Source: a virus (taxonomy: Duplodnaviria > Caudoviricetes). From it: a stretch of 37,086 bases of DNA. Below, piece after piece: positions 34,897-37,086 of the stretch (position 1 is the stretch's first letter; each line of letters starts with the position of its first letter). The translations under genes and the position numbers were made by a program. The notes under the pieces were generated by a model. That model was not told the DNA's origin and did not search any database. It was given only the letters and a program-made list of their open reading frames with translations. The DNA lies in the IMG/VR virus record IMGVR_UViG_3300032250_000072, positions 1-37,086 of that record; one strand, 5' to 3'.

Positions 34897-35754
34897 CTAC
34901 ACTGGCCCCCAGGGGTTAACCTCGGTGCCCTCGCCCGCAACCACGTAGTCGTTGACCTTGCGGATGTCGGAGTGGATGGGCGTAGTCTGCGCAGCAGTCA
35001 GCACAGCCTGAGCTATCTGATTGGCTGTGGGGTCCAAACTTGCAGTGAGCGTGCGGCTCACATAGGTCCACACAGCTTGCGCAAGTGTATTGTAGTCAAC
35101 CCCGCCTGATGCAGCAAGGTTCAACTTGTTGCCCATCGTGCCTGGATCGTTGAAGTCTGCGGCAATCGTTTCCCATACCGCCGCTGACAGGGACTGCGGG
35201 CTCAGCTCGGTGAACGGCGTGATGTCGCCCGACAGGTTGCCCGTGGCCTTGACCGTGGCGCTGTTTGAGAACTGCACGAGCGCGGCGCCCACGGCGTCAA
35301 CGATGGCCCCGAGGGTAGCGTTGTTGACCGTGAACGAGAAGGACGTGCTGCCAGATGCGGACAGGGCACCAGCCAAGTTGGCCGCAAGGTTGAACGTGAT
35401 CGACGTGGAGCCGACCGCCGAGACGATCAGTTGCCCGTCTGCCGGGTTGACAGTAATCGTGACCGTCGAGTCGCCGCTGATGTTGACGCCCGCCGCGAGG
35501 TTCAGCGTACCCGGCGTGACCGTCACCACCAGATTGGTGAACGACGACATCGCCCCCGGCTTGTACGGTAGCACCCACGACGATGGCGCGAGGTGCCCGG
35601 AGGGGATGCCCGCCAGCTTGGACGGAATGCCCTCGCCCACGGACTGGTTCATCCGGTCACCACGGCCCCACAGGGGGCGCAGCGTGCCGGGATCGCCACC
35701 GATCAGGCGCAGTGGCAACTGCGCCAGGATCGTAGTGTTTTGCTTGAGTGCCAT
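34897..35754 (-). CDS. Putative virion structural protein
   Basis: Ser/Thr/Ala/Gly-rich, repeated AVW motifs, C-terminal KVN...V.G.GT..NPWGP. Confidence 0.65.
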   Translation of the reverse strand: MALKQNTTILAQLPLRLIGGDPGTLRPLWGRGDRMNQSVGEGIPSKLAGIPSGHLAPSSWVLPYKPGAMSSFTNLVVTVTPGTLNLAAGVNISGDSTVTITVNPADGQLIVSAVGSTSITFNLAANLAGALSASGSTSFSFTVNNATLGAIVDAVGAALVQFSNSATVKATGNLSGDITPFTELSPQSLSAAVWETIAADFNDPGTMGNKLNLAASGGVDYNTLAQAVWTYVSRTLTASLDPTANQIAQAVLTAAQTTPIHSDIRKVNDYVVAGEGTEVNPWGPV

Positions 35755-36632
35755 CAGCCCCAGCCGAACTCAGCCGCGCCGTAGAAATTGGTGCTAGCCG
35801 CCGTGGCCGCGCCCGCAAAGTAAAGCCATGTCAGACAGGCACCATCCATCACGCGAGGCAGGCTTGGCAACTGGTTGAGCAGATCGCGCTCGGCAGCAAC
35901 GGACACCGTGGTCAGAGGCAGCGTCAGCAGGGGCTTCGCAAGGCACAGCGCCCCGGTGCCGGTGTTTGCGGCGGACATGGTGACCGAGGCCACGTTGGAC
36001 ACGCCTGTGTCACCGCTTGCCAGCGGCAGGAACGGCCCGTAGTTGTTCGCCGCCGTTCCCGAGTGGCTGATGTGCGGCGTGATGGCCGAGGCGGTCATGG
36101 CCACGGTGACCGGCAGCGTGCGGCCCGAGGTTGGCGTGGTGTTGGAGTAGCTGACCGCGATGTTCTGCGCCGTCAAGCCTGCAGTGGCGGTCTGCACCCA
36201 GAACAGTCGGCACCCGGCCCCGTTGGTGTAGCGCAGGCTCGGCGTGCCCGTCAGCGTCTGAGCCACAGCGCTGTTGTTGCTGATGCCGGGCCAGTAGCCT
36301 TGTAGGTCCACCAGCATGAGCTGTCCAGGCACCCCGGTGGCCACGCCCGTGAGCGCCTGCACGTTGAGGATGTGCTTGGTGTCGGGGCTGACGTTGCCGC
36401 CGTGCGGCAGCCCGAAGATCTGCGTGCCGTTGCCCGTTGCGGCGTCGCATGTCCTCCAGGCCAGCGCGGTGCCAGCCCAGGCATTTGCGACAGGCGTTCC
36501 GCCCAGGGCGCTGAAGTCGTACCACCGGCCAGCCGTGTAGGCGGCAGCGCCCGTGATCTTGTTCCAGTCGGAGCGGTTGAACTTGCCGCTTGTGATCTCG
36601 TTGACGAGATCGTCCATCGATGAGAAAGGCAT
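35754..36632 (-). CDS. Putative virion structural protein (beta-rich)
   Basis: Start MPFSSMDDL at 36632. PFLPLASGDTGV, LAKPL, FGWG. Confidence 0.65.
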   Translation of the reverse strand: MPFSSMDDLVNEITSGKFNRSDWNKITGAAAYTAGRWYDFSALGGTPVANAWAGTALAWRTCDAATGNGTQIFGLPHGGNVSPDTKHILNVQALTGVATGVPGQLMLVDLQGYWPGISNNSAVAQTLTGTPSLRYTNGAGCRLFWVQTATAGLTAQNIAVSYSNTTPTSGRTLPVTVAMTASAITPHISHSGTAANNYGPFLPLASGDTGVSNVASVTMSAANTGTGALCLAKPLLTLPLTTVSVAAERDLLNQLPSLPRVMDGACLTWLYFAGAATAASTNFYGAAEFGWG

Positions 36633-36634
36633 GG

Positions 36635-37086
36635 TTATCCCCAGGCAAATTGCAAGAAGCCGCGCAGTAACGGAGCGTTCGCGCTGCCGTTGTTCAGTAT
36701 CCAGTTGAGGTACGCGCCGGTCTCGATCTTTGGGCACGAAGCCGAGTGCGGCAGCATGGTCTTCTCTGCCGCTGTGGAGTTCTCGCGTATCTGCAGATGC
36801 GCCAGCGGCTTAATCAGCACCGCGTTGAATAGTCCGCCGGGTGATCCTGATACTGTGATCGACTCAATGCTGCGGATGCCCGTGTCACCACTATTTAACG
36901 GGATGAATGGCGACAACGCGCCAACGGCAGTCGTGGCATCCGATGTGTTTGCGAGGGCGCCGATGACCGTGTTGGTGACCAACCCAGCGGTTGAGATGCG
37001 CCCAGACACTCCGTCGGAGTTGGTGTAGCTGATCGTCACGCTGCCGACCTGCGTCATGGGCGAGGCCACCACAATCATGCACTGTA
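36635..37086 (-). CDS. Putative virion structural protein, paralogue of the downstream gene (5'-truncated)
   Basis: SYTNSDG.SGR, PFIPLNSGDTGIRSI, LIKPLA, FAWG. Confidence 0.65.
   Translation of the reverse strand, partial: QCMIVVASPMTQVGSVTISYTNSDGVSGRISTAGLVTNTVIGALANTSDATTAVGALSPFIPLNSGDTGIRSIESITVSGSPGGLFNAVLIKPLAHLQIRENSTAAEKTMLPHSASCPKIETGAYLNWILNNGSANAPLLRGFLQFAWG

Noticed and set aside
1-37086. tRNA/rRNA genes
   Set aside because: Intergenic gaps are short and none showed a cloverleaf with a T-loop consensus by eye. tRNAscan was not run.

Overview
This window is a ~37 kb internal piece of a tailed dsDNA phage genome with two convergent arms that meet near 13.1 kb. No terminase, portal, primase or integrase is visible. 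The + arm (1-13099) has three blocks. The first is a replication module: SSB-like protein, family A DNA polymerase, Cas4-like nuclease, VRR-NUC and SNF2 helicase. The second is a DNA base-modification operon: pyrimidine-dimer-glycosylase-like protein, TAGT/base-J-type GT-A glycosyltransferase, aGPT-PPlase1-type helical protein, MazG-like dNTP pyrophosphatase, a thymidylate-synthase homologue resembling phage dUMP hydroxymethylases, and DUF3310. The third is a complete four-gene NDP-D-glycero-beta-D-manno-heptose pathway (HldE-type kinase, GmhA, HldE-type nucleotidyltransferase, GmhB). The - arm (13105-37086) carries podovirus-like morphogenesis genes (scaffold, N4-gp56-like capsid, P22 gp4/gp10-like tail, tail fibre, ejection proteins including a 1219-aa polyvalent protein) and a lysis cassette. 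A GT9 heptosyltransferase-like gene and a SAM methyltransferase sit inside the head-tail block. The leading hypothesis is a self-contained phage heptosylation system. The phage would make its own activated heptose and has two candidate sinks: hydroxymethyl-pyrimidine in its DNA (a heptose analogue of base J) and its virion proteins. All family assignments come from motif recognition by eye, not database searches.
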